A stretch of DNA of 45,440 nucleotides from Streptosporangiaceae bacterium (GCA_030038015.1 JASHPR010000593.1:1-45440), one strand, 5' to 3'; shown: positions 1-9,761, numbered from the stretch's first letter. Translations and numbers: made by a program. The notes: generated by a model not told the origin, from the sequence alone.

Positions 1-181
1 GGCCGGCGGGTGCCGATCCCCTCGCCCTGGCGCCGTGCCCGCGCGAGGCATGGGCGGCTCCGGCCGCCGCGGCGCCGCCCGCCCCGCTTGCCCCCAGAGC
101 CCCGGAAAACGCCCAGACGATCAGGGAGAGAACGCCCAGGCCCACGGTGAGCGCCAGGAACCGGCGCCTCCAGTAAGTCAT
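1..181 (-). CDS. hypothetical membrane-anchored protein, N-terminal part only (gene runs off the left edge)
   Basis: ATG at 181-179. It is absent from the ORF track because there is no stop in the window. Translation MTYWRRRFLALTVGLGVLSLIVWAFSGALGASGAGG... gives a basic N-terminus plus one hydrophobic helix. Third codon positions are almost all G/C, as in the real genes here. Divergent from mutY across an AT-richer patch at 190-240. Confidence 0.4.
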   Translation of the reverse strand, partial: MTYWRRRFLALTVGLGVLSLIVWAFSGALGASGAGGAAAAGAAHASRGHGARARGSAPAG

Positions 182-311
182 CGCGGGCAGCTCGCGCCCG
201 CCCGGTTGATTACGAAGAGTACTCATTCCCATAACGCTGAGTATGCAAGAGTGCGGGCCGGCCGCGGCGCCGACCCGCCGGGCGGCCCGGCGTGCAAGGA
301 TCGGATCCACC

Positions 312-1238
312 ATGACGAACGGGTACGCGGCGCCGCTGCTGGGCTGGTACGCCCGGCACGCCCGCGACCTGCCGTGGCGCCGCCCTGGCGCGTCGGCCTG
401 GTCGGTGCTGGTGAGCGAGATCATGCTGCAGCAGACGCCGGTGTCGCGCGTGCTGCCCGCGCACGAGCGGTGGCTGGCTCGCTGGCCGGGCCCGCCCTCG
501 CTCGCCGCCGCGTCCCCCGGCGACGCCGTGAGGCAATGGGGGCGGCTTGGCTACCCGCGCCGGGCCCTCTGGCTGCACGCCACCGCCCGGATCCTGACCG
601 AACGCCACGGCGGCGAGGTCCCCGACTCCGTTCAGGTGCTGCGCGGCCTCCCCGGGGTGGGCAGCTACACCGCCGCCGCGGTGGCGAGCTTCGCCTTCGG
701 GCAGCGGCACGCGGTCCTGGACACGAACGTGCGCCGGGTCCTCGCCCGGCTGGTGCGGGGGACCGAGCTGCCGCCCCGCAGCACGACGGCGGCCGAGATC
801 GAGCTGGCCGAGTCGCTGCTTCCCGCGTCGCCAGCGCGGGCGGCGCGCTGGTCGGTGGCCGTGATGGAGCTGGGGGCGCTCGTCTGCACAGCCGCCAGGC
901 CGGACTGCGCGGGCTGCCCGGTCGCGAGCCGGTGTGCATGGCGGCGCGCCGGGAGCCCCGCGGCACCGGCGCGCCCGGCCTCCCAGCGCTACCTGGGCAC
1001 TGACCGCGAGTGCCGCGGGCGGCTGCTCGGCGTTCTGCGGCAGTCGGCCGGCCCGGTCCCGGCGGCCAGCCTGGATGCCGTCTGGCCCGATGCGGCGCAG
1101 CGGGCGCGGGCGCTGCGCGCGCTGGTCGCCGACGGCCTGGCCACCGCCCTGGGGCAGCAGATGTACGCGCTGCCGGGCCACCCGGGGCCGGCGCATCCGC
1201 CCCCGGACACGCCCGCGCCCGGTCACCGTGTCGGGTGA
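312..1238 (+). CDS. mutY: A/G-specific adenine DNA glycosylase (MutY)
   Basis: ORF 243..1238. I place the start at ATG 312 (MTNGYAAPLLGWY), with AAGGA 11 nt upstream. HhH-GPD signature present (SEIMLQQT, LPGVGSYTAAAV, LDTNVRRV). 4Fe-4S loop C-x6-C-x2-C-x5-C present (CTAARPDCAGCPVASRC). Confidence 0.85.
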   Translation: MTNGYAAPLLGWYARHARDLPWRRPGASAWSVLVSEIMLQQTPVSRVLPAHERWLARWPGPPSLAAASPGDAVRQWGRLGYPRRALWLHATARILTERHGGEVPDSVQVLRGLPGVGSYTAAAVASFAFGQRHAVLDTNVRRVLARLVRGTELPPRSTTAAEIELAESLLPASPARAARWSVAVMELGALVCTAARPDCAGCPVASRCAWRRAGSPAAPARPASQRYLGTDRECRGRLLGVLRQSAGPVPAASLDAVWPDAAQRARALRALVADGLATALGQQMYALPGHPGPAHPPPDTPAPGHRVG

Positions 1239-1273
1239 CCGGGCGCGGGATCGCCGATCTGGCGGCCTGCCGG

Positions 1274-3838
<2,565 letters not shown>

Positions 3839-4017
3839 CTCGTCGCTCCCTCACAGGGCGGTAGGGGGAGGCGCACAAAATGCTGCCCCTTCCTCCGCAT
3901 CGTAGCCGGTGCGCCGGGCGACGCCTTGCGTGCGATGTGTCACAGGTGTAAAACGTTCCCCGGCGGCAGGCGGTTCATCCCATAAAACCCAGGCCAGGGG
4001 GGCAGTGTTCCCCGCTA

Positions 4018-4031
4018 CGCCGCGAGCGAAC
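4018..4031 (-). promoter_or_regulatory. ClgR-operator-like motif upstream of clpC1
   Basis: On the clpC1 strand the sequence reads GTTCGC-TCGCG-GCG. This matches the GTTCGC-N5-GCG consensus I recall for Streptomyces ClgR sites at clp/lon promoters. It lies about 180 nt upstream of the clpC1 ATG. A single site, with about 0.02 chance hits expected in this intergenic region. Confidence 0.3.
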
Positions 4032-4111
4032 GCGGCGCCGCCAGCCGCCTGGAGCGGCTCCTGCGGGCGGCGCCAGCTTCAGGCCCTGGCCGCACATGGC
4101 GCGGTGCCGGG

Positions 4112-4214
4112 CGGGCCAGACCAGCCCTGATGCCGTCCCGGCGGGCCGGGCAGACCAGCCCTGATGCCGTCCCGGCGGGGGCCGGTCAGATCACCCTCGA
4201 TACCGTCCGGCGGC
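4112..4214. repeat. 34-bp tandem direct repeat (2 near-identical copies plus 1 degenerate copy) in the lsr2-clpC1 spacer
   Basis: The core AGACCAGCCCTGATGCCGTCCCGGCGGG occurs identically at 4118-4145 and 4152-4179. A third diverged copy, CAGATCACCCTCGATACCGTCCGGCGG, follows at about 4187-4213. Confidence 0.9.
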
Positions 4215-4424
4215 GGCGGCTGGGCGCCGGCCCGCCCACCGCCAGAACCGCCGTGACATGTCCCATGCGAACGACTACTGCGCTTACCCGATTCCGGGTT
4301 TGCCCCGCAGATCACCGGCCGATCCCGGTGGGCTAAACCGCGGCTGGCTGACGCGCCGGTTGACGGCGGACGCCGAGGGAGGTGACGCCGTAAGCGACAT
4401 ATGTTCGCCGAGCAGTCCCCCTTC

Positions 4425-4748
4425 CTAATGTGATGCCTCGTACTCGGAGATGATCGTTGCCGGAATGCGGCCACGCTCACTCACCTTGTGCCCACGTTGC
4501 CTGGCCCAGGCCCTGATCTCAGCGCTGCGCTCACGGCCAGGGCCAGTTCTGGCACGGCGGCGCCTGCCACCTCCGCCGCCCTTGCGTGCGTGGTCGATGT
4601 ACGCCTGAAAATCCTTGCGGAGCTTGCTCGCGTTATCCGAACTCAGGTCGATCTCGTAGGCGGTGCCGTCGAGGCTGAACGACACCGTCTCGGTCGCCTC
4701 CCCCCCATCCAGATCGTCGACGAGCAGTACTTGAACCTTCTGCGCCAT
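4425..4748 (-). CDS. lsr2: Lsr2 nucleoid-associated protein / xenogeneic silencer
   Basis: 107 aa. N-terminal dimerisation domain [36 protein letters not shown]. Gly/Arg linker. C-terminal DNA-binding domain with IRAWAR and the RGRIP AT-hook-like motif. Confidence 0.95.
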   Translation of the reverse strand: MAQKVQVLLVDDLDGGEATETVSFSLDGTAYEIDLSSDNASKLRKDFQAYIDHARKGGGGGRRRRARTGPGRERSAEIRAWARQRGHKVSERGRIPATIISEYEASH

Positions 4749-4928
4749 GGGGAGCCAGCCTTTCTGCTGAGCAAGCTATTAGGGAGTCGCTAAAACATAT
4801 ACCAGAACTCTTGCTTCTGCCAATTCGGGCTACAAGGATTCGTGCCATGAGTTGCCGCATCGCGAGTGCATGGCGGCAATCTGGAAGATGGTCGTAACTC
4901 TCCGTAATCAGCCTGGGCGCGCACGCAG

Positions 4929-5144
4929 TCAATCGGCGCGAGATGTGCCGGCATCATCAGAGTGCGCAGTCGCTTGGCTGCGCGCGCTATCCGGAATCCC
5001 GCTGTCACGGGAAATATCGCCAGACTCATCGCGATCGCGACGCCTACGGGGCCCCATCTCATGACGCAGGAAGGCGGCAACGGCGATGAGGAATGCGGCG
5101 CACATGAGAAGGGGCGGCGTAAGCACGGTCAGGTCGCTCAGCAT
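4929..5144 (-). CDS. small hypothetical membrane protein (71 aa), possibly frameshifted
   Basis: ATG 5144 is preceded by a strong SD (GGGAGGTGA, 8-nt spacer). The first 30 codons (MLSDLTVLTPPLLMCAAFLIAVAAFLRHEM) have about 80% GC3 and form one TM helix. After codon 30 the GC3 drops. A second TM-like segment (WGPVGVAIAMSLAIFPVTAGF) appears in the adjacent frame (ORF 4790..5080). Confidence 0.3.
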   Translation of the reverse strand: MLSDLTVLTPPLLMCAAFLIAVAAFLRHEMGPRRRRDRDESGDISRDSGIPDSARSQATAHSDDAGTSRAD

Positions 5145-5342
5145 CAGGCTCACCTCCCTACCTGTTACGCCCAGGGCTAGCCACGCTCCGGGCGAGCTGG
5201 CGGCGCCTGCCCATGACGCGGGCCGACGCACAGCTCCCTCATTGCATTCTGGCCGACCGCGCGGGGGAACTGGCCGCCGACCCCGGGCCCCGGCTCGGGT
5301 AAATCGCGAAAACTGCGGCGGCCCCGCCGCAACCGCCCCGTC

Positions 5343-5365
5343 CTGTCGGCACGCAGTGGCAGTAT
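5343..5365 (+). promoter_or_regulatory. RecA-NDp (PafBC-type DNA-damage) promoter-like motif upstream of the PHP-helicase gene
   Basis: cTGTCGGca-8 nt-CAGTAT, compared with the actinobacterial RecA-NDp consensus tTGTCRgtg-8nt-TAnnnT (from memory). The core TGTCGG and the 8-nt spacer match. The -10 element has A2 and T6 but C at position 1. It lies 51 nt upstream of ATG 5416. Confidence 0.25.
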
Positions 5366-5415
5366 CGGAACGGCCACGCGGGCAGGCAATAACGGGAGAA
5401 GCGGACGACAACGGT

Positions 5416-8400
5416 ATGTTCCACGCTGACCTGCACATTCACTCCAGGTTCTCCCGCGCTTGCAGCAGGGACTGTGATCTGGAGCATCTGGCCTGGTGGG
5501 CGCGGCGTAAGGGGATCACCGTCGTGGGAACGGGCGACTTCACGCACCCAGGATGGGCCGAGGAACTGAGGGAATCGCTGGTCCCGGCCGAGCCGGGCCT
5601 GTTCAGGCTCAGCCAGGAGGCCGAGGGCCGGCTGCGGAGGGCCTCGTCTCCCAGCTGCGCCGGCGACGTGCGGTTCATGCTTTCCGCAGAGATATCGACG
5701 ATCTACCGGGGCGGAGACCGGACGAGGAAAGTCCACCATCTGCTCTACGCCCCGACATTCGAGGCGGCAGACCGCATCACCCGGGCTCTATCGAAGATCG
5801 GCAACCTGGCGTCGGACGGGCGGCCGATCCTCGGCCTGGACTCGCGCCATCTTCTCGAGATCGCGCTCGACGGCGGGCCGGGCTGCTACCTGGTTCCTGC
5901 GCACGCGTGGACGCCCTGGTTTGCGGTGCTGGGATCTAAATCAGGCTTCGATCTCGTGGCGGAGTGCTACGGGGATCTGGCAGGCGAAGTATTCGCGATC
6001 GAGACCGGTTTGTCGTCAGATCCGCCCATGAACTGGAGGTGCTCGTCGCTCGATGGCTATCGGCTGGTGAGCAACTCGGACGCGCATTCACCGCCTATGC
6101 TGGGGCGCGAGGCCACTACCTTCAGCACCGCGCTGGATTACTTCGCGATGGCCGGCGCCCTGCGCACCGGCGACGGCCTGGCGGGCACGATCGAGTTCTA
6201 TCCAGAAGAAGGCAAGTACCACCTCGACGGTCACCGGAAATGCGGCGTGCGCTTTGAGCCCGCGCAGAGCAGCGAGCACGAAGGAGCCTGCCCGGAGTGC
6301 GGCAAGCCGCTCACCATCGGAGTGCTGCATCGGGTCACTGAGCTCGCCGACAGGCCCGCCGGCTATCGGCCGCCCGGCGCGCCCGGATTCCGGAACTTGG
6401 TTCAACTGCCGCAGATAATCGGGGAAATAATGGCCACCGGGCCGAAGAGCAAGAAAGTCAGTCACGAAGTCAGCAGGCTCGTGGCTGAGCTCGGCCCCGA
6501 GATCGGCATCCTCACCGAGGCGGGCGCGGACGACCTGCGCCGGGCGGGCGGCAGCCTCCTGGCGGAGGCCGTGGCCCGGCTGCGCCGTGGCGAGGTACGG
6601 CGCGAGGCCGGGTACGACGGTGAGTACGGGATCATCTCGTTGTTCGGCCCGGGGGAGCTGGATGGCGCCGACGCGCTCTTCGACCTGGCCGGCCCGGCCA
6701 CAGCGCAGGGAAGGCGGCCGGGAAAGCACGCAGAGCTTCCCGCTGCGCCGCCGCATGCGGCATCTTCCGCCGAGAGGCCCCCGCATGCCGCATCTTCCGG
6801 CGAGAGGCCGCCGCATGCCGGATCTTCCGGCGAGTGGCCCCCGCATGCCGCATCTTCCGGCGTGCGGAAGCGGAGAGGGGCCGGGCAGCCGCGGCGCCTC
6901 TCGGATGACCGCCCAGGCCGTGACCCCGACCCGGATCAGCTGGCGGCGGCCAGGGCTGGCAGCCCGCTGATGATCATCGCCGGACCGGGAACCGGCAAGA
7001 CGCGCACGCTGGCCGACCGGATCGCGCGCCAGATCGCTGGCTCGCCGGGCGCGCCGCGGTCCCATCTGGCGATCACATTCACCCGGCGTGCCGCCGCGGA
7101 GATGCGCACCAGGCTGGCCGCCGTGCTCCCGGCCGCGGTGCACCTGAGCGCCGGGGAACCCGCCGCGGCCGGCCCGGCCGGGCGGCCGGCCGTCACGGTC
7201 ACCACTTTCCACGGGCTCGGCCTGATGATCCTCCGGGAGCACCACGAGGCGGCGGGCCTGTCCGCCGGCTTCCGCATCGCCGACGACGCGGAACGGCTCG
7301 AGGTCGCCGCCGAACTCGCGGGCTCGGCCAGGGAAGGCAGGCGGCTGCTCGCCGAGGCAGCCGGCGACCCGGTCACCAGGGAGAAGCTGGTCAAGGCGCT
7401 CGCGTCCCGTGACCTGGTCGACTTCGACGGCCTCATCGAGCTGCCGGTGGCGCTGCTGACCGCGGAGCCTGCGCTCGCCGGGTCGCTGCGCGAACGCTGG
7501 CCGCTGATCAGTGTCGATGAGTACCAGGACATCGATGCCGCCCAGCACCGCCTGCTGCGGCTGCTGGCCGGCGACGGGCGCGGGCTGACCGTGATCGGTG
7601 ATCCAGACCAGGCGATCTACGGCTTCCGGGGCGCCGACGTGGGCCTGTTCCTCCGTTTCGGCAGCGATTACCCGGGCGCGGTTACCCGGCAGCTGACCCG
7701 GAACTACCGATCGAGCCCTGCCATCGTCGGCGGCGGCCTCCAGGTCATAGCGCCCGCCTCGCTGGTGCCCGGGCGGGCTCTGCGGCCCGCCGCGCGGCGG
7801 GCACCGGCTGCAGCGGCGTTAATCGGCTTTCACGAAGCGGCCGACGAGCGCGGCGAGGCCGGCTGGATCGCCCGCGAAGCCGAGCGGCTGCTCGGCGGGG
7901 CGTCCTTCCACGCACTGGACACCGGCCGCGCCGGGGAGCCCGGCCACGAGGGTCTCGGCCTGTCCGACATCGCCGTCCTCTACCGGGCCGACGCCCAGGC
8001 GGAGCCGATCGGCCAGGCCCTGACGCGCGCTGGCCTGCCGTTCCAGAAGAGCTCGCACGACCTGCTCGAACGGCGGACCGGCGTGCCCGGCATCGTCAGG
8101 GAGATGCGGCTGGCGAGCGGGGGCGCCGGTGCCGCCGCGGACAGGGCCACCGCCGCGGGCAGCGCCGCGGTCGCGGACAGGCTGCGCCGCGCGGTGCGCA
8201 CGCTTGCGGAGCGGGCTGCGGACCCCGCGGGAGCGGTTGACGTGCGCGCGGCGGGCGAGGTCCTCGCCCCGCTCGCCCGCCAGTGCGGCAGCGACCTGGA
8301 GCGTTTCCTCACCGAGATCTCGCTGGGCGCCGAGGCCGACGCGCTCGACCCCAGGGCGGACGCGGTCACGCTGCTGACCCTGCACGCCGCCAAGGGCCTG

Positions 8401-8709
8401 GAGTTCGAAGTTGTGTTCCTGGCCGGCTGTGAGAAAGGCCTCCTGCCGCTGCGCCTGCCGGGGAGCGGTGCGATGACCGACGCGGACGCGGCCGAAGAGC
8501 GCAGGCTGCTATTCGTCGGGATGACCAGGGCGCGGTCACGGCTGTACCTGACCTGCGCGAGCCGGCGGAGATGGCGCGGCAGCACCCGCGAGGCCGGCCC
8601 GTCGCCGTTCCTGGCCGCGATCGATCCGGCCCTGCTCGACCGGTCAGAGCCTGCGCGGCGGCGGAACGCGCCTGCCCGCGATGGCGCCCGGCAGCTCAGG
8701 CTGCTCTGA
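5416..8709 (+). CDS. fusion protein: EndoQ-like (TIGR00375-type) PHP-domain nuclease + UvrD/PcrA-type SF1 DNA helicase
   Basis: ORF 5086..8709. Start placed at ATG 5416 (MFHADLHIHS). N-terminal half has PHP metal-ligand motifs: HADLHIHS, GTGDFTHP, PAHAWTPWFAVLGSKSGFD, ETGLSSDP, SNSDAHS. These are followed by YPEEGKYHLDGHRKC...CPECGKPLTIGVLHR (Zn-ribbon). C-terminal half has SF1 motifs: I AGPGTGKT, Ia ITFTRRAAAEM, II VDEYQD, III VIGDPDQAIYGFRGA, IV RNYRS, V LHAAKGLEFEVVFL, VI FVGMTRARSRL. One continuous high-GC3 frame. Confidence 0.85.
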   Translation: MFHADLHIHSRFSRACSRDCDLEHLAWWARRKGITVVGTGDFTHPGWAEELRESLVPAEPGLFRLSQEAEGRLRRASSPSCAGDVRFMLSAEISTIYRGGDRTRKVHHLLYAPTFEAADRITRALSKIGNLASDGRPILGLDSRHLLEIALDGGPGCYLVPAHAWTPWFAVLGSKSGFDLVAECYGDLAGEVFAIETGLSSDPPMNWRCSSLDGYRLVSNSDAHSPPMLGREATTFSTALDYFAMAGALRTGDGLAGTIEFYPEEGKYHLDGHRKCGVRFEPAQSSEHEGACPECGKPLTIGVLHRVTELADRPAGYRPPGAPGFRNLVQLPQIIGEIMATGPKSKKVSHEVSRLVAELGPEIGILTEAGADDLRRAGGSLLAEAVARLRRGEVRREAGYDGEYGIISLFGPGELDGADALFDLAGPATAQGRRPGKHAELPAAPPHAASSAERPPHAASSGERPPHAGSSGEWPPHAASSGVRKRRGAGQPRRLSDDRPGRDPDPDQLAAARAGSPLMIIAGPGTGKTRTLADRIARQIAGSPGAPRSHLAITFTRRAAAEMRTRLAAVLPAAVHLSAGEPAAAGPAGRPAVTVTTFHGLGLMILREHHEAAGLSAGFRIADDAERLEVAAELAGSAREGRRLLAEAAGDPVTREKLVKALASRDLVDFDGLIELPVALLTAEPALAGSLRERWPLISVDEYQDIDAAQHRLLRLLAGDGRGLTVIGDPDQAIYGFRGADVGLFLRFGSDYPGAVTRQLTRNYRSSPAIVGGGLQVIAPASLVPGRALRPAARRAPAAAALIGFHEAADERGEAGWIAREAERLLGGASFHALDTGRAGEPGHEGLGLSDIAVLYRADAQAEPIGQALTRAGLPFQKSSHDLLERRTGVPGIVREMRLASGGAGAAADRATAAGSAAVADRLRRAVRTLAERAADPAGAVDVRAAGEVLAPLARQCGSDLERFLTEISLGAEADALDPRADAVTLLTLHAAKGLEFEVVFLAGCEKGLLPLRLPGSGAMTDADAAEERRLLFVGMTRARSRLYLTCASRRRWRGSTREAGPSPFLAAIDPALLDRSEPARRRNAPARDGARQLRLL
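6751..6863 (+). repeat. in-frame 30-bp tandem repeat (about 3.8 copies) in the linker of the PHP-helicase ORF
   Basis: Units start at 6751, 6781, 6811 and 6841 (CCGCATGCSGSATCTTCCGSCGAGWGGCCS). They encode the decapeptide PHAASSxERP repeated: PPHAASSAERPPHAASSGERPPHAGSSGEWPPHAASSG. Confidence 0.95.
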
Positions 8710-8721
8710 GCGCGGCGGCCG

Positions 8722-9225
8722 TCAGAACCTGAGCAGCATCCGGGTGTTGCCCAGGGTGTTCGGCTTCACCCGGTCGAGGTCGAGGAATTCGGCGACGCCC
8801 TCGTCGTAAGAGCGGAGGAGCTCGGCATAGACCTCGGGGGCGGCGGCCTCGCCGCTGATCTCCTCGAAGCCGAGCCGGCCGAAGAACTTCACGGCGAAGG
8901 TCAGCACGAAGACGCGGCCGACGGCAAGCTCACGTGCCCGGGCGAGGAGCGCCTCGACGATCACGTTCCCGATCCCCTCGCCCTGGCAGGTCTCGTCCAC
9001 GGCGAGCGTGCGGATCTCCGCCAGGTCCTCCCACATGACGTGCAGCGCGCCGCAGCCGATCACCTGGCCGTCGCCGACCCGGTCGGCGACGACGAACTCC
9101 TGGATGTCCTCGTACAGCGTGACGGTCGCCTTGTCCAGCAGCCGCCCGGACGCCACATTGGCGTCCACCAGCCGGCGGATCGCACGAACATCGCCGGTAC
9201 GAGCCTGCCTGACCTTGTAATCCAT
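8722..9225 (-). CDS. argA: GNAT amino-acid N-acetyltransferase (short ArgA-like, Rv2747-type)
   Basis: 167 aa. VRQARTGDVRAIRRLVD..., acetyl-CoA loop QGEGIGNVIVEALL, and C-terminal tail VAEFLDLDRVKPNTLGNTRMLLRF, typical of the short mycobacterial N-acetylglutamate synthase family (from memory). Converges on the helicase gene with only a 12-nt gap. Confidence 0.75.
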   Translation of the reverse strand: MDYKVRQARTGDVRAIRRLVDANVASGRLLDKATVTLYEDIQEFVVADRVGDGQVIGCGALHVMWEDLAEIRTLAVDETCQGEGIGNVIVEALLARARELAVGRVFVLTFAVKFFGRLGFEEISGEAAAPEVYAELLRSYDEGVAEFLDLDRVKPNTLGNTRMLLRF

Positions 9226-9505
9226 CCCCGCGCCTTCGGTTGCCTGCCGTCATCGGTGAGCCATGCAGCATCGTAAACGTGACCACGCCACGCCAATTCG
9301 CCTGGCCACGTAATGTTATCGGACAAGTACGCATTGTGCTGGCGTCCAGGACATGCGCATTGTTCGTGCCAATCACGGCTTGATCACAGGTGCCTGCATA
9401 GCGTACCGTGCACCGGCTTCCGCATGCCTGAGCGACGGCGTGGCAGGGGCGGATCTCCCTTGGGGGGGTGCATTGCCGCGTGTTTGGCGCGTAAGAATTT
9501 GGTCG

Positions 9506-9535
9506 TTTCACGTGTGCGCCACGCCCACCTAGATT
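9506..9535 (+). promoter_or_regulatory. candidate housekeeping-sigma promoter for the riboswitch / NlpC-P60 transcript
   Basis: TTTCAC (9506-9511), 18-nt spacer, TAGATT (9530-9535). It sits in the AT-richest part of the 9226-9761 spacer, about 55 nt upstream of the riboswitch P1. Confidence 0.3.
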
Positions 9536-9589
9536 AACCTGCATCGCTGTCACCGAGTTGCGGCACAGCCTGCCTGGATGCGCCGCACG

Positions 9590-9743
9590 ACCCGCCGAGT
9601 TCCTGGCGCGCGGAAACGTGTTCCGGGGAGCCGGGGACCCATCCTCCCCGGGGTGAATCGGCCGGCCGCGGTTTGCTCTGGCAGATCGCGTCGGCCGTAG
9701 GGCTGCTCCGGCCCGAACCCGTCAGCTAACCCGGTAGGCGGCC
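9590..9743 (+). promoter_or_regulatory. cyclic-di-AMP riboswitch (ydaO/yuaA class)
   Basis: Conserved blocks in the canonical order: CGCCGAGUUC, GGGGAGCCGGGGACCCA, CCGGGGUGAAUC, and CCCGAACCCGUCAGCUAACCCGGUAGGCGG. The last is nearly identical to the B. subtilis ydaO 3' block ACCCGAACCCGUCAGCUAACCUCGUAAGCG. P1 is possible between CCGCC 9592-9596 and GGCGG 9737-9741. The SD AGGAGAGGAG starts 4 nt after P1. Confidence 0.85.
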
Positions 9744-9761
9744 TAGGAGAGGAGACTCCAC

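Noticed and set aside
35-1226. ORFs 35..1003 (+), 210..1226 (-) and others overlapping mutY.
   Set aside because: These are off-frame or antisense shadows of mutY. They have Arg/Pro/Gly-rich composition, no motifs and the wrong GC3 phase.
3929-3944. Crp-like site TGTGACACATCGCACG (clpC1 strand), about 95 nt upstream of clpC1, with crp encoded in the same window.
   Set aside because: Only the left half-site is canonical (the right half matches 3/5). A single such match cannot be told from chance without a PWM scan or ChIP data.
5086-5415. 110-codon N-terminal extension of the PHP-helicase ORF.
   Set aside because: The sequence is Arg/Pro-rich and lacks the GC3 bias. The family N-terminus (MFHADLHIHS) begins at ATG 5416, and a promoter-like motif lies inside the extension.
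6751-6863. Regular 30-bp repeats considered as a possible CRISPR array.
   Set aside because: The units are directly adjacent with no spacers. They are in frame inside a long ORF and encode a peptide repeat. There are no cas genes in the window.
9505-9514. GTTTCACGTG, the first 10 nt of the 14-nt parS consensus GTTTCACGTGAAAC.
   Set aside because: The second half (TGCG instead of AAAC) breaks the palindrome. At 10/14 matches this is below what ParB sites tolerate. I read it as part of a -35 region instead.
9313-9537. 74-aa Cys/His-rich ORF in the GNAT-riboswitch spacer.
   Set aside because: GC3 is only about 55% in a genome where genes run 80-90%. The ORF overlaps the candidate promoter and has no SD. 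It is most likely non-coding.
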